Source: Protoeuglena noctilucae (lineage: Eukaryota). Taken from it: 64,000 nucleotides of DNA. Below are positions 36,201 to 47,000 of this stretch, piece by piece. Numbering within the stretch: the first letter of the stretch is position 1; each line of letters opens with the position of its first letter. Location of the stretch: the NCBI GenBank assembly GCA_958009085.1, contig OY253683.1:372001-436000 (forward strand), in the 5' to 3' direction. A program made the position numbers and the translations under genes. The notes beneath the pieces were generated by a model. The model worked only from the letters and a program-made list of their open reading frames with translations. It searched no databases and had not been told where the DNA came from.

Positions 36201-36723
36201 TCGCCCTCGGATTCGCGACCGCAAAGCTGCGGGGGCGAAGGGCTCCGGAGGCTCGGCAACGCAGCGAGGGGCCATCGTGACGGCCCAGGCCCCGCGACCC
36301 CGATTCGCCGCGAACCAACTCACTTCCCGAAGTGTCAATCGATGGGGTGAAGATGGCCGCCGCGAGACCGCCGCCGGTCTCGGAACCGGCCGCGGACTGC
36401 CCAAACACCGCTTGGCTCGACAATGAACGCCTCCTTCGCATCGTTCGAGGCCGGGTAGCTGCAAAGCCACGACCGAAGGGGCGAGTTACCGACATTGATA
36501 AAGCCGTGAATGGATATATTGGGCCAAGAGGTGCACGCTCGCCTCCACGGTCGGATTCCTCTGCCTCTTCATCCAGATGACCCGCCGCGCGACGACCCAG
36601 GCGACCCAGGCGGCTCCGCACGCTCGCCCCAGCCGCCTGAGACTGCCACGCGCACGAAGGGACGGAAACCGCGCCGGCGTCGTCGGCGCCGGGCGGTGCA
36701 TCATTCGGCGGGGGGACAGACAT
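24247..36723 (-). CDS. Large (~2,800 aa, ~28 exons) Ser/Thr kinase - NACHT(STAND) NTPase - WD40 repeat protein with C-terminal TM tail anchor; 1-nt frameshift near 30043
   Basis: Kinase: GRGGFAVV, VAVK, HSDLKPQNVLL, DFG, YCAPE, DVWSLG. NACHT: GTREWL, SPGGIGKTT, AFHFC, VIDSLAYQLA, LIVIDGVDE, SFLY...LPANLDSIF. Multiple WD40 repeats, e.g. HAGAISCVAMSDAGDRILTGSDDHTVRVW and GHTAEITACSVNDSGTIVASGSADQFVRVW. Last exon AWLVVSLLGLGAGGLAMVLFMM. Exon junctions are phase-consistent. Confidence 0.8.
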
Positions 36724-37060
36724 GATGCCCGCCACGACAAGGCCTCCCCGGACCGATGAGCCTGAAGAATCGTTACAAACGTGCTAAAGGACGCCGACGA
36801 TGCCAAGAACAGCCACTCGTTGCGCTCGTTCGAGCGCAACGACACGCAGAGTGCGCCGGCAGCCACTCAAACGGCGGCAGGCCGTCCCGCAGGAAAGACG
36901 AAATGTCGCGCATGCACAGTCACAATTTCAACAAGCTACGGGGCGGGGCATGGTCAAAATAGCGTCATTGCGCCGCGGTTGACCTGCGCAAGAACACCCA
37001 GCCCCGCAGCCCGCTGCCCAGCTGCACCCAAATCGTGAGCAGTATCCCACTACTCAGACG

Positions 37061-37910
37061 TCACCGCTCCAACTCGATCATTCGCCGCACAGAGTTGACC
37101 GCAGCCACCGCGTCCTCCGAGCTGCGGGAGGCGAGCGCCGTGGTATCGGCAAAAGGACTGGGTGTGATGACATGCCGGCAGCGTCCTCAGGCAACACCAC
37201 GGCCACTTACCACAGATATGTCCGGGCGATCTCCCCCTTGCGCAGGATCGTGACGGTGGGCATCTTTGCGATACGGTAGTCCTTTACCAGGTCGTAGGGC
37301 ACCGAGTTCACGTCCACGAAGAACAACGGGATGTTCGGGTACTGCGGACGCACGTATGAGGCGCCGTCCTGTGCCAGGCTCGCCCCTAATGCATCTGCGA
37401 GCACCGTTTGTGCCATGCCAGCCCCCACTGGTGACGCACCTCCGTCTCCATCAGCTTTACCAGCTTGGGCTTGATGTACTTGCACTTCCGGCACCACGTG
37501 GCCATCCAATCGACCAGGCAGAGCTCCTCTCCCATGACCTTTGTCCTGTGCGTGAGGGGCAAGCGACCATTCTGCACCTCAAACAGCGCTGGGCTCGACA
37601 GGCAGCGACAACCCGCTCTGTTGAAGCATTGAATAACCCTTCCATTCCAGAATCAACGCGCAAACGCTCGCCTGAACTCCTCTTCGCTCGCAATCAGATC
37701 GTCCATGCGCGCCTGCCCATCTGACCGCGTGCCATCGCTCTCTGCCCTCGCAACGACGCTCCGCGATGCGATCCAACACGGATCGATCCGCAGCCGGGCC
37801 CGCGACGTTGCAAATCCACGCCTGGGGGACGGGACAGCCGCGGCAGCAGACCGCGCAACCCCCACGCGAGCAGGGATCGTGACCCCCGCTCCTACGCCCT
37901 GTGCGTGCAT
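37061..37910 (-). CDS. Chloroplast WCRKC-type thioredoxin (thioredoxin-like 3), 4 exons
   Basis: Transit-like leader, then [19 protein letters not shown] / [15 protein letters not shown]...KMPTVTIL; final exon [20 protein letters not shown]. The first intron has a GC donor at 37671. Confidence 0.88.
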
Positions 37911-38260
37911 GTCGCAGCTCCTTCTGCGCCCGGCACGCTGGTCTGCGGCTTGGACGACGCGGATTGGTCCCTGGCTCACAGCGAGGGGGGCAAGCAAAGT
38001 CCGATGAGAGTTCCAGAGCCCACAACAGTGCGCTTCCGGACACCAACTGAGACAGGTGGCCCGCATTTACGGCCCACGGGGCTCAGGCCAATCGCCCAGG
38101 GGGAAGACCACGCGCAAGAGGGCACGCAAGACGACATGATCAGACTGGTCTTAGCGCGGGCGGTTTATCCCCGTTCGTTGCGTATGGCGTGCCTGAGGAC
38201 GCCGGCGTTCATTTGGTAGGAAGGCCGCGCGTAGGGGTGAGCATTGACCACGAAGGTTGC

Positions 38261-39412
38261 ATGGGCAACCGGGGTTCACGCGCCTGCGCGACGGATCCGG
38301 ATCCGTGCAAGTCTTTGGGGGTCAGATTTGTCTCTGTTGTGATCCCCGCCCTGAATGAGGCATCGTGCGTGGCTCAGACCGTGCGCCGCGTGCGCGGGGG
38401 AGCGGGGGAGCTGAAGGTGGAGGTCATCGTTGTCGATGGCGGCAGCCAGGGTGAGATTCGCTCATTTTCAAGCAAAAGATCGCTTGCATGAGGTCGGTGA
38501 CCCACTTGATGACCCCCTTGCTCTCAAAGATGCCACGGCGAGGGAGGCGACGGGGGCGGGTGCCCGTGTGGTCTCTTCGGCTCGTGGCCGCGCGAAGCAG
38601 ATGAACATGGGGGCCAAAGCATCCTCCCCGTCCTCGGACGTGCTCCTGTTCCTTCACGCGGACACCCTCTTGCCCGAAGACTGGGCCACGCGTCTGTGCC
38701 GGGAGGTGGAGAAGTGAGCGCTGTTGGTGTCGGTCACGCTCTCACGAGCCGCAAATGTGATCTGCTCAGAGTGCTTTGCCGACGTGCACACGGGCACCAC
38801 GTGTTGCCTCAGTGGCGGTTGTGCAGTGCAGGGACCGGGGCTGCAGGGGCTGCAGCTGGGTGGCGCCGAGCAAGACGTGACGAGTCCGCGAGGGATCTTT
38901 GGGGATGCTTTGAGTTCACGACAGACTCCTCGGACTGGCTGATGCGCGTCGTCGAGGCAGGCACCAACCTGCGCACCCGCATCGCAGGTGCGTCCCGCCC
39001 TCGCTTCTCTTCAGCCTGAAGAGCAGTGCCGTGGTCAAAAGCCTTTAGTTTGTCTTTGCCTCCGCAATGTAATCCTGGCTGCCCGCACGCAGGCCTGCCC
39101 TACGGCGACCAGGGCATCTTTGTCAGCCGCGCCGCGTTCCGTGCGGTGGGCGGCTTTCGCGACGTACCCCTGCTAGAGGACGTGCATCTGGTGCGGGACC
39201 TCTCGCGCCGCACCTCCCGGCGTCGCCCCGTGGTCGTGCCGGTCCCTGCTGTTACGTCCGCCCGCCGGTGGGCGTCGCTGGGAGTGCTGCAGACTACGGC
39301 TCTCAATGCCGCCATCATGGCCGCATGGGCCATGGGATTCAAGGAGGACCAGCTCGCGCAGTGGTACAAACGAGGCCGCGTGGCGCTCGCATCGACGCAG
39401 CGACTTGAATGA
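38261..39412 (+). CDS. Glycosyltransferase family 2 protein (small 'transferase 2'/TIGR04283-like), 4 exons
   Basis: Motifs VSVVIPALNEA, VIVVDGGSQD, GRAKQMNMGA, LLFLHADT, LPYGDQGIFV, GGFRDVPLLED and TSARRW. Confidence 0.88.
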
Positions 39413-39623
39413 CCCTGTGGCAGCGCCAAGGGAGGCAGCGCCAAGGGAGGCGGCTACGGGGCGCTGAGGCCCCGCCAACTCGCCGGCGGTCGACAACCCG
39501 CGAGCCGGGGCAGACGCGGCTACGCGGGCGACTAGAGCTCATCGCCGCACGGAGGCCGCCCGGACTCGCCCAGACTCGCAAACTTCACGGGCTTACGCTC
39601 GGGCTAACGGCGCACCACGGCGC

Positions 39624-42600
39624 CTAATAGGCCTGGTCTCCTCGGATCTTGCCCCAGAGAGCGCCCAGCACGGGCACCAGCATGGCCCACCCCATCTCCA
39701 CCTTGTCCGTGGAGTTCACGCGGAAGGATATCTGCAGGGACCAGAGCAAAAGCCGCAAATGGGTCAGAAAGACTGCGCCGAGCGCAACAGCACCGCCGGC
39801 AGAGACACTGACAACGCATGAACTTTGACATCGCAGCGATGACGAGTTCCATCAAAGCACAGACCCCTCGGGCATGCCTGCCGTAGAAGCAACCCGTCCA
39901 GCGCATCGCATTGCTTGACCCCTTCAAGAGTCGGTCCCTTCGCGTGTTCACCTGGCCCGTGCCCTTGGTGTTGATCGTGGCCTTCGCGAAGCCAGCCGTG
40001 CCCTTGGTCATGCTGAACTGCGCCTGCGCCGACCCCGTCACGTTCGTGTCCCTCCGGTGGCGCATGAGGTTGCACCCCACCGTGATGCGCGTGCTGTCAT
40101 CCTCGCCACGCTTCAGCTTCGCCTCCAGGTTGCCGGCCCACGCCGTCTCCCTGACCTTGCTCGTCCCCATCGCCTTGACCTGCGCGGACACGACCAAAGG
40201 CAAGGGTCATGCTTCCATCGCATCGCCCCCGCCCGTCGCTCCGCCAGTCAGCCCGCCCCACGCTGCCGCCCGCAGACACCCCGCCGCCGGCGCACCTGGC
40301 TGGTGACCATGGCCAGCGAGCCCCAGAACTTGCTGCTCGGGTCGAGCCAGAACCGGTCCTCAATTTTGAATCCGTATGCCATGGGGCCCGACAGGGGCAC
40401 GCGGCCCTCGGCGAGGCGGGAGACGAGCACGCCGCCCACGACCTTGTTCTTGCGGCCCTCGCCGCCGTCCCTCATGTTGGTCCACCGCATCTCCGTGGTG
40501 TGCGTCCAGAGCGTGTCGGGGCCCATGGCCTGCATCTCGGCGCCCAGGGTGGCCACCAGCTCGCGGCTCAGGTAGACGGACGCCTCGCTGTTGCCTTGCA
40601 TGGAGAAGGCGTTCTTGTCCTTGCTGATCTGGCACATGGCCGTGAAGGGGTGCCCGCCGATGTAGCGGCCCAGCGGCCGCACCATCCCGGCGTTCTCCAG
40701 CTGCAGAGAAGGAGCCGGGTAAGGACACTGGCTCAGCGGGATGCACAGAGCACGGTGAGGACAATGCACGGGGCGAGCATGGCAGGATGCCTTTTATGGA
40801 GCGCGACCGCGCTTGCCGGACTATGACTGCAACATCCATGGCGCATAGTAATGCTACAACTGTACCCCCTCGGCTCGCCTGCGTGGCCGTGATGTTGTCG
40901 TCCTTCTCGTAGCCGTTGTGGTCGATGGCCGGCACGGCCCTCCACGACGCCACATCGTTCTGCAGGTAGCGGTAGCGGTGCTGCACCGCCTCGTGCTCAA
41001 ACGTGGGGTTCTGCGGCGGCTCCGGGCCCAGGCTCCCCGGCGAGTCCCGGGCCTGCATGGCCTCCATGCGCTTCTGGTTCTCCAGGTCCCTGCGGCGCCT
41101 CGTCTCCTCCTTTGCCTCCTCGGCAGGGAGCTGCTTGATCTCGTAGTCGAACTTGACGTCCTTCTCGTCTTCCGGGGGCTTCTGCGATGGTATGACAGCA
41201 CGGCGATGCGTGCAGTGGTGTGGAACAGTGCACAGGGAGTGGGCAGGGAGCCAAGGGTAGGGAGCTGACGGTGGGGTGCCAAGGGTGGGAGCTGAGGGTG
41301 GGGTGCCAATGGTGCAGAGGTAAGGGAAGAGAGCCAAGGGCAGGGACTTGGATGCCCCACTGCCCACTGCCACCACGCACCTTGGGCGGGTGCGCCTGGG
41401 CCAGGTTGGTCGCCAGGTACGCCACGGGAGGGATCTTGGCGCCCATGCCACCCAGTCCGCCCAGGAGCGCCGCCAGGCCCTGGGGCTCCGAGGACTTCTT
41501 GTTGGCCACCTTCTGGACCTGCGGGTGACACGAGGGCACGCGGCGGGGGTAAAACAGCTGGTCGACTTCAGTAAGAAAGAAGAGCCTGGCAGAGGAGCCA
41601 CCCTTGAGGTGCGCCTGCTGCGCCAGGTGCTATGGGGTCGAGCGCAATGGCGTCTCTTGTTCTCTTGTGCGCAGCACGAACAGCGGCACTCGCCTTCATG
41701 TCGTCGTCAAGGCTCTGGAGGATCCCGACGGCGGCGATGAGGTTGAGCACGCTGGGGCGCCAGGGCTTGCCGTTGGGGGTGAGGGGCTCGCCGTCAAACT
41801 CGCGGCGGTCGCGGGGGAAGTTCTCGGCCACGATGACGGGCGGGGTGATGCGGGCGTCGTTGGAGCTCTGGCGGATGGTGGTGGTGAGGAGCTGGGCGCG
41901 CTGGGAGGTGTAGGCCTCGTAGTCCAGCGGGCCCTGGGTGCCCTCGCCGGGGGACGTGCCGGCGTGCGTGAGGACCACCGGGGTGTTGTACCACATGCTG
42001 CGAGACACGGCAGTGGTCATCGGGGATTAGTCTCGACGGAGCGGTGACCCCCTTGCATGAGCAACCATGGGCAGCAACCATGGACAGCCAAGCGTGGTCG
42101 TGACGGGCCTCACCTTCGGCCGAGGATGCTAGAGATGGTGCGGAAGAGCTCGAGGTCCCCGAGGTTGCGGCGGACGTAGTCGAGGCGGTCGAAGTAGAGC
42201 ACGACTTGGGGCTTGTACCAGTCGGCCAGGGCCTTGATGCGCGTCAGCAGGCGCATGTTGCGGCCCTTGTCGGCGCTTGAGGGGATGAGTCCCGGGGTGT
42301 CGATGAACTTGAAGCGCGTNNNNNNNNNNNNNNNNNNNNNNNNNNNNNNNNNNNNNNNNNNNNNNNNNNNNNNNNNNNNNNNNNNNNNNNNNNNNNNNNN
42401 NNNNNNNNNNNNNNNNNNNNNNNNNNNNNNNNNNNNNNNNNNNNNNNNNNNNNNNNNNNNNNNNNNNNNNNNNNNNNNNNNNNNNNNNNNNNNNNNNNNN
42501 NNNNNNNNNNNNNNNNNNNCAGCTGTCCGAAACGCGACGAGGAGCATCCCGCAAGCCGCGCAGCGCACCTCAGATCCGACTTCCTCCAGGTCCCCGCCGT

Positions 42601-43458
42601 CGACCACCTCGTCCTCCTCGTCCGTGGGAGGGCTCGAGATCACCGCCTGCGGATAGGGAGACTCGCGCGTCACGCTTGAAGACGGCGCGGTCGCCGGCGG
42701 ACCCCCCGGCCCACGGCATGGCGCGGGCGGATGGGCGGGCCGCCGCGAGCGGTGGGGCCCACGATGCGCGGCAGAGGGCCGTGCAATACACAAACAGCGG
42801 CCCCCGAGCCGCGGGTAGGAAAACAAGGAGCACGCCGAGCCCAGCGGGCGACGGGACCGCTGGGGGAATCGGCCATGTGTGGAAACGCGCGGGCCAGATC
42901 CAAAGCAAGGGAGCCGCGAGCGTGGGGAGGGCACGGCACCGGGCTGGCGCCGCAGACACCAAGCAATCCCCGAGCGCTTGCCACTCGATGCAGCAGCCTC
43001 GGCGCGCGGCCGCCGGGGCCGGCAAAAAAGGGGCCCTGACGGCTGGGACGGCGACCCTGAGGCCCGGCGCAGCAAACCTTCCGCAACGCTTCCGTCATTC
43101 GACGCCCTGGAGACGGGGGAAACGCGCGCTACGGCCAGCGAAGGCGGGGCTCGCCGGGATGGGACGCACCCCAACCCGCAGCGAAGCGGCACGGTCGAGG
43201 AAATCAGGCCGCTTTTCGATGGATTGACGGAGTCCATCCGAGCGGGCGAGCGGGGCTGGGGTGTCGAGACCGTCTCGGGCTCAGCAGGCAGACGGCGGCG
43301 AGATGGGAAAGGGAACGCTGGTGCCAACGGGGCGGGCCGATCACATGCATTATTGGCAGACGGGGAGCGTGACCCATCGCGCTCTTGCGCACCTCGGCGT
43401 CCCCATCGGCCTCCTCCCCCCCTCCCCACTCGTCACGGAGCCTCCTCACGGCCTCCAT
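39624..43458 (-). CDS. Toc159-family (Toc120/Toc90-like) chloroplast protein-import GTPase; part of G-domain lost in assembly gap
   Basis: Short acidic N-terminus; FIDTPGL, VLYFDRLD, WYNTPVVLTHA, AEN...PNGKPWRP; M-domain PTF..HRYRYL, DHNGYEKD, QISKDK, YGFKIEDR, AWAGNLE. Ends DQAY-TAG. GC donors at 41693 and 40878. Confidence 0.85.
41245..41340. repeat. Intronic degenerate minisatellite (~27-bp unit gccaagggt[a]gggagctga[c/g]ggtggggt, ~2.5 copies)
   Basis: Directly visible tandem units inside a Toc gene intron. Confidence 0.6.
42320..42519. other. Assembly gap (200 N)
   Basis: A run of 200 N. The Toc P-loop expected upstream of DTPG is missing, so the true gap is probably longer than 200 nt. 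Confidence 0.99.
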
Positions 43459-44023
43459 GGTGACCTAGCGCGTCGATTGCGCGCATCGGAGCGCCCCTGG
43501 CGGCCTGTGGGGCCCGGGTTGGCGCTCTGTCGAGCTGAGTCAGGGTCACCGCCCGTTCAAATTGCAACCCTTGCGGACCGCCGCGCGGACCAATCCACTT
43601 CTTCATTTGTCCCGGTCCCCCTCTTCCGCGCACTGAGGTCGGGTGGGCGCATTCGCGCTGCCCCGAGCCCGTGGAGGGCGCTGTGGGCCGTCCAGTGTCC
43701 TCCACCATTCGATCGTTCCCTCGACCTGCTGCGCTCGGGTCCGGGGTCCGCGGCGTCACGGGGGTCGGTCAGGAGGCCCCTCGCCAGGGCCCCTTAGTGA
43801 ACGCGGCCCGCCGGGCGCGGGCTTCGGAGGCCCGGGCCGTTTCTTGCCTCTGAGCCCTCCGGGATCGATAGTCTGACCGATCGGCTTTTGCTCTGCGGGG
43901 CGGGCGGCGCCTCGGGTTGCGGGGGAGGGGCTTGGAGGAGCGGCACGAAAAGCACACTGCGTCGCGTCATCTGTACTCCCGGCTTTCCCTTCCCGCGACG
44001 GGTCGCTGGATTCACGGCCCAGG

Positions 44024-47000
44024 ATGAGCGCAGCGCGCCCAGCAGCTGCGGCGGATGGCCGCCGGGGGGCCGTCCCCAAGCGCAAGCGGTAAGGGGCACG
44101 GCGCGGGACCCTCGCGTGACATACAATAGCAAACGCGCTGGATCCGGGATGTGTACGCTCTGTTTTGCCTCTGGGTGTGCGCGAGAGGGCTGAGATTTTA
44201 TCGCGTGCGCCACTCGAAGCCGGCAGGCTGCCCAGTGGGTCACGCTGAGCATCTGGGCGCTTGGGGAGCACCTTTCGCAGTCGCGCTGGCCTCTGCGACG
44301 TGCCATGGCGCATGTATTGTTGCCGGGACCTGCTCCTTCCGACTTCCGGTGCCGCGCCGCGCTCCCCAGGCACTTGGCATCATCCGTCCCGTCTCACTCG
44401 CAGGTGGGCTGCCCAAGATGCGTTGAACGCCGGGTCCGAGGTGTTCGACGCCGCGCGACAAGCTCTGAGCGTCCTGCCGCACGCGGATCCCGAGTGGCGA
44501 CCTCCAGAGACGTTCCAGGACGCGGTGGAGTGGGTGCAGGCGCGAGAGGCAGAACGCAAGCGGCGCAAGGAGCGAATGGCAGCGAGCAAGTCCAAAGGAG
44601 AGACGCCGGCGGATTACCTGGACGCGCAGGCGAGTCGCGCCCTCGGCTGCTCTTCGCTGTGGCCCATGCTCCCACAGGCGCCAGGCCCTAGGTTCACGAT
44701 GGGACTTTGCGCTGTGGACGCAGCCGGGGCTGTTGCCGGGGAAAGACGCGGACATCCCGGCTTATTGGCTCGTGATGAACGAGTACCTCCGGGACCTCAC
44801 GCGCGAGGACGTGATGGCGCTGCTGCCTTGGGTCATTGACCCTTGGGACGACCCAGACCTCCGCATGCCGCCGCTGGGGCAGCGGCCGGGCGAGGGCCCG
44901 GGCCGCGAGGACGCCGACGGGCCCGCGGAGGTCGAGGCGCGCCCCGCCAGCGTGGATGCCAAGTCCCGCATGGCGCAGCGGAGCCCGGGGGTGACGCCGA
45001 AGGTGCCGAGCCCTCTGCAGCAGCCCCAGCGCCGCGCGCCCGCGCACCGGGCGAGCACCGCGAACGTCGTCTGCATATACTCTCCCCTGGGGGACCCGGG
45101 CGCGCCGACCTGCGACGCCTGCTGCCAGCCGGCGTCGCCCGACGCGCCCCTCACGGCGTGCTCCCGCTGCGGCACTCACATCCACGCATCCTGCCACTCC
45201 GACGGCGGCGCCCCGCTTCCGGACCCCTGGGTCTGCGAGGGCTGCGAGGAGGCTGAGCGGTTGGGGCGTGACCCCGAGTGCTGCGTCTGCCTCCGCACCG
45301 GGGGAGTGCTGAAGCACGTCGCGGGGCCAGGGGGCGCCCCCGGCACGTCCATGGCGCACCAGTTCTGCGCACAGGTGAGAGGCGGAGGCGCTGCACAGGA
45401 CCCTTGGCAGCACAGCCGACCGTGGCGACCGCCAGCCTCTCTGGTTGCTGCCCGAGGCATCGACCAGTATGTTGAGTTGATCCTGTGCCGCGTTGGCGCA
45501 GTTTCTGCCCGAGACGTTCGTTGCGGAGGACGGGCAGGGCCGGGACGTGGTGATGAACTTCCATGCGGTGGAGAAGGCACGACTGCGACTGACGTGCGTG
45601 CTGTGCAGCAAGAAGGGCGGCGCGCCCGTCCAGTGCTCCTTCAGCTCCTGTCGACAGGCCTTCCACCCCACGTGTGCGAGGGACCAGGGGTACCGGTGAG
45701 TGGCACGGCGGCGCACGTCCCCAGCACACGTCGCGTGCTCTCGATGCTCCCCACAGAGGCCGTGGCTGTCAGTCTGTAGTGATGAAGCTGGTTCACGGTT
45801 GTTCCGTTCTCAGGATGGACCTCGTCGAGAAGCAATCCAAGGGGACGCTCGAGTACCGGCAGTACTGTTCCAAGCACACTGAGCGTCTGTTCGACGCACC
45901 AGGGGCCGCCGCAGAGGGTGCGGCGCCCGAAGCCGACGTGCCGGCAGGCGTCACGTCGCCGCGGACGCCCGACGGGCCGCGGAAGGAGTCGGCGAGCGGC
46001 GTGCGTGCGCGGGTGGAGCCCGACTCAGTCGCGGCGTTGCTGTCGGGGTACAACGCAGGGGACCTGGCCTTGCTGGTGGGCCTGATGGACACCACGGGGC
46101 TCGTGCCGCTGCGTGTCGCGGCCGAGGGCGCGGGCCTGGACGAGGCAGAGCTGAGGGACTTCGTGTCAGGGCGGGCGGCGGGCGAGGGCGCGAGCCCGGG
46201 GCCCCGGGGCGAGCGGCGGGGCGGGGTGAAGCGGGAGGACGACGGGGGGGATCGTTTGGAGAGGATCGCGGAGTGGCTCGTGGGGCTGGGGTCAGGGGTG
46301 GTGGCGGGCGTCTCCAAGCGTCGCGGTGCTGTCGGTGTCGTGGGGGCGACGCTGGGAGGCTCCCAGGCAGGAGGAGCGGGAACGGTGACGAGCGGGGTTT
46401 GCTGGTGGCATATGGCAGCGTGTCGCTGTGGCTTGCTGGAGGCTGCTAGTGGTCACTGGTAGCGTGTGGCTGCCCTACGATGGCATGGCTCAGGGCTACA
46501 TCGTCATCGCACACACTGCCACCCTGTCGCTCTCGCAGGCACCGGGCTCCATGCCCCGCGTGACGCCCGACCTGGGGTGCGAGGTGTTTGGGTCCGTGGC
46601 CGCGCCCATCGACGGGGTCGTGCACCCCTTCATCGCCCAGATGCTCCGCAAGAGCGCGCCGTGGAGCCTCGTCTTGTGCCCCTCCGCCGCGCCCGCCCCG
46701 CAGAGCCCTCCCCGGGGCTCAGGCGCCCGACGGGGCAGGGCCGCAAGGGGCGGTGGCAGCAAAGGGGCGGGGCCCAGGGCCTCGCTGGATGGGCCCCAGG
46801 CCCCGAGAGGCGAAGCGAAGCTGTCAGACGGGGCGGCGGGGCCTGTTCGGGAGGGCGCGGAGGGAGCTGCGGCTGTGGCGGGGGCGGATGGCGTGCAAGG
46901 GGCGGCATCTCACGAGGACGGGGTTGCGCCGGAGATGCTCGCTTTGCGGCCGGTGCCCGAAAGTCCCTTCGAGCCGCCCTCCCTGCGTCTCCCCGATTCC

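Noticed and set aside
39417..39452. 15-bp tandem duplication ggcagcgccaaggga x2
   Set aside because: Two copies with no spacer are ordinary slippage in a 3' region, not CRISPR-like.
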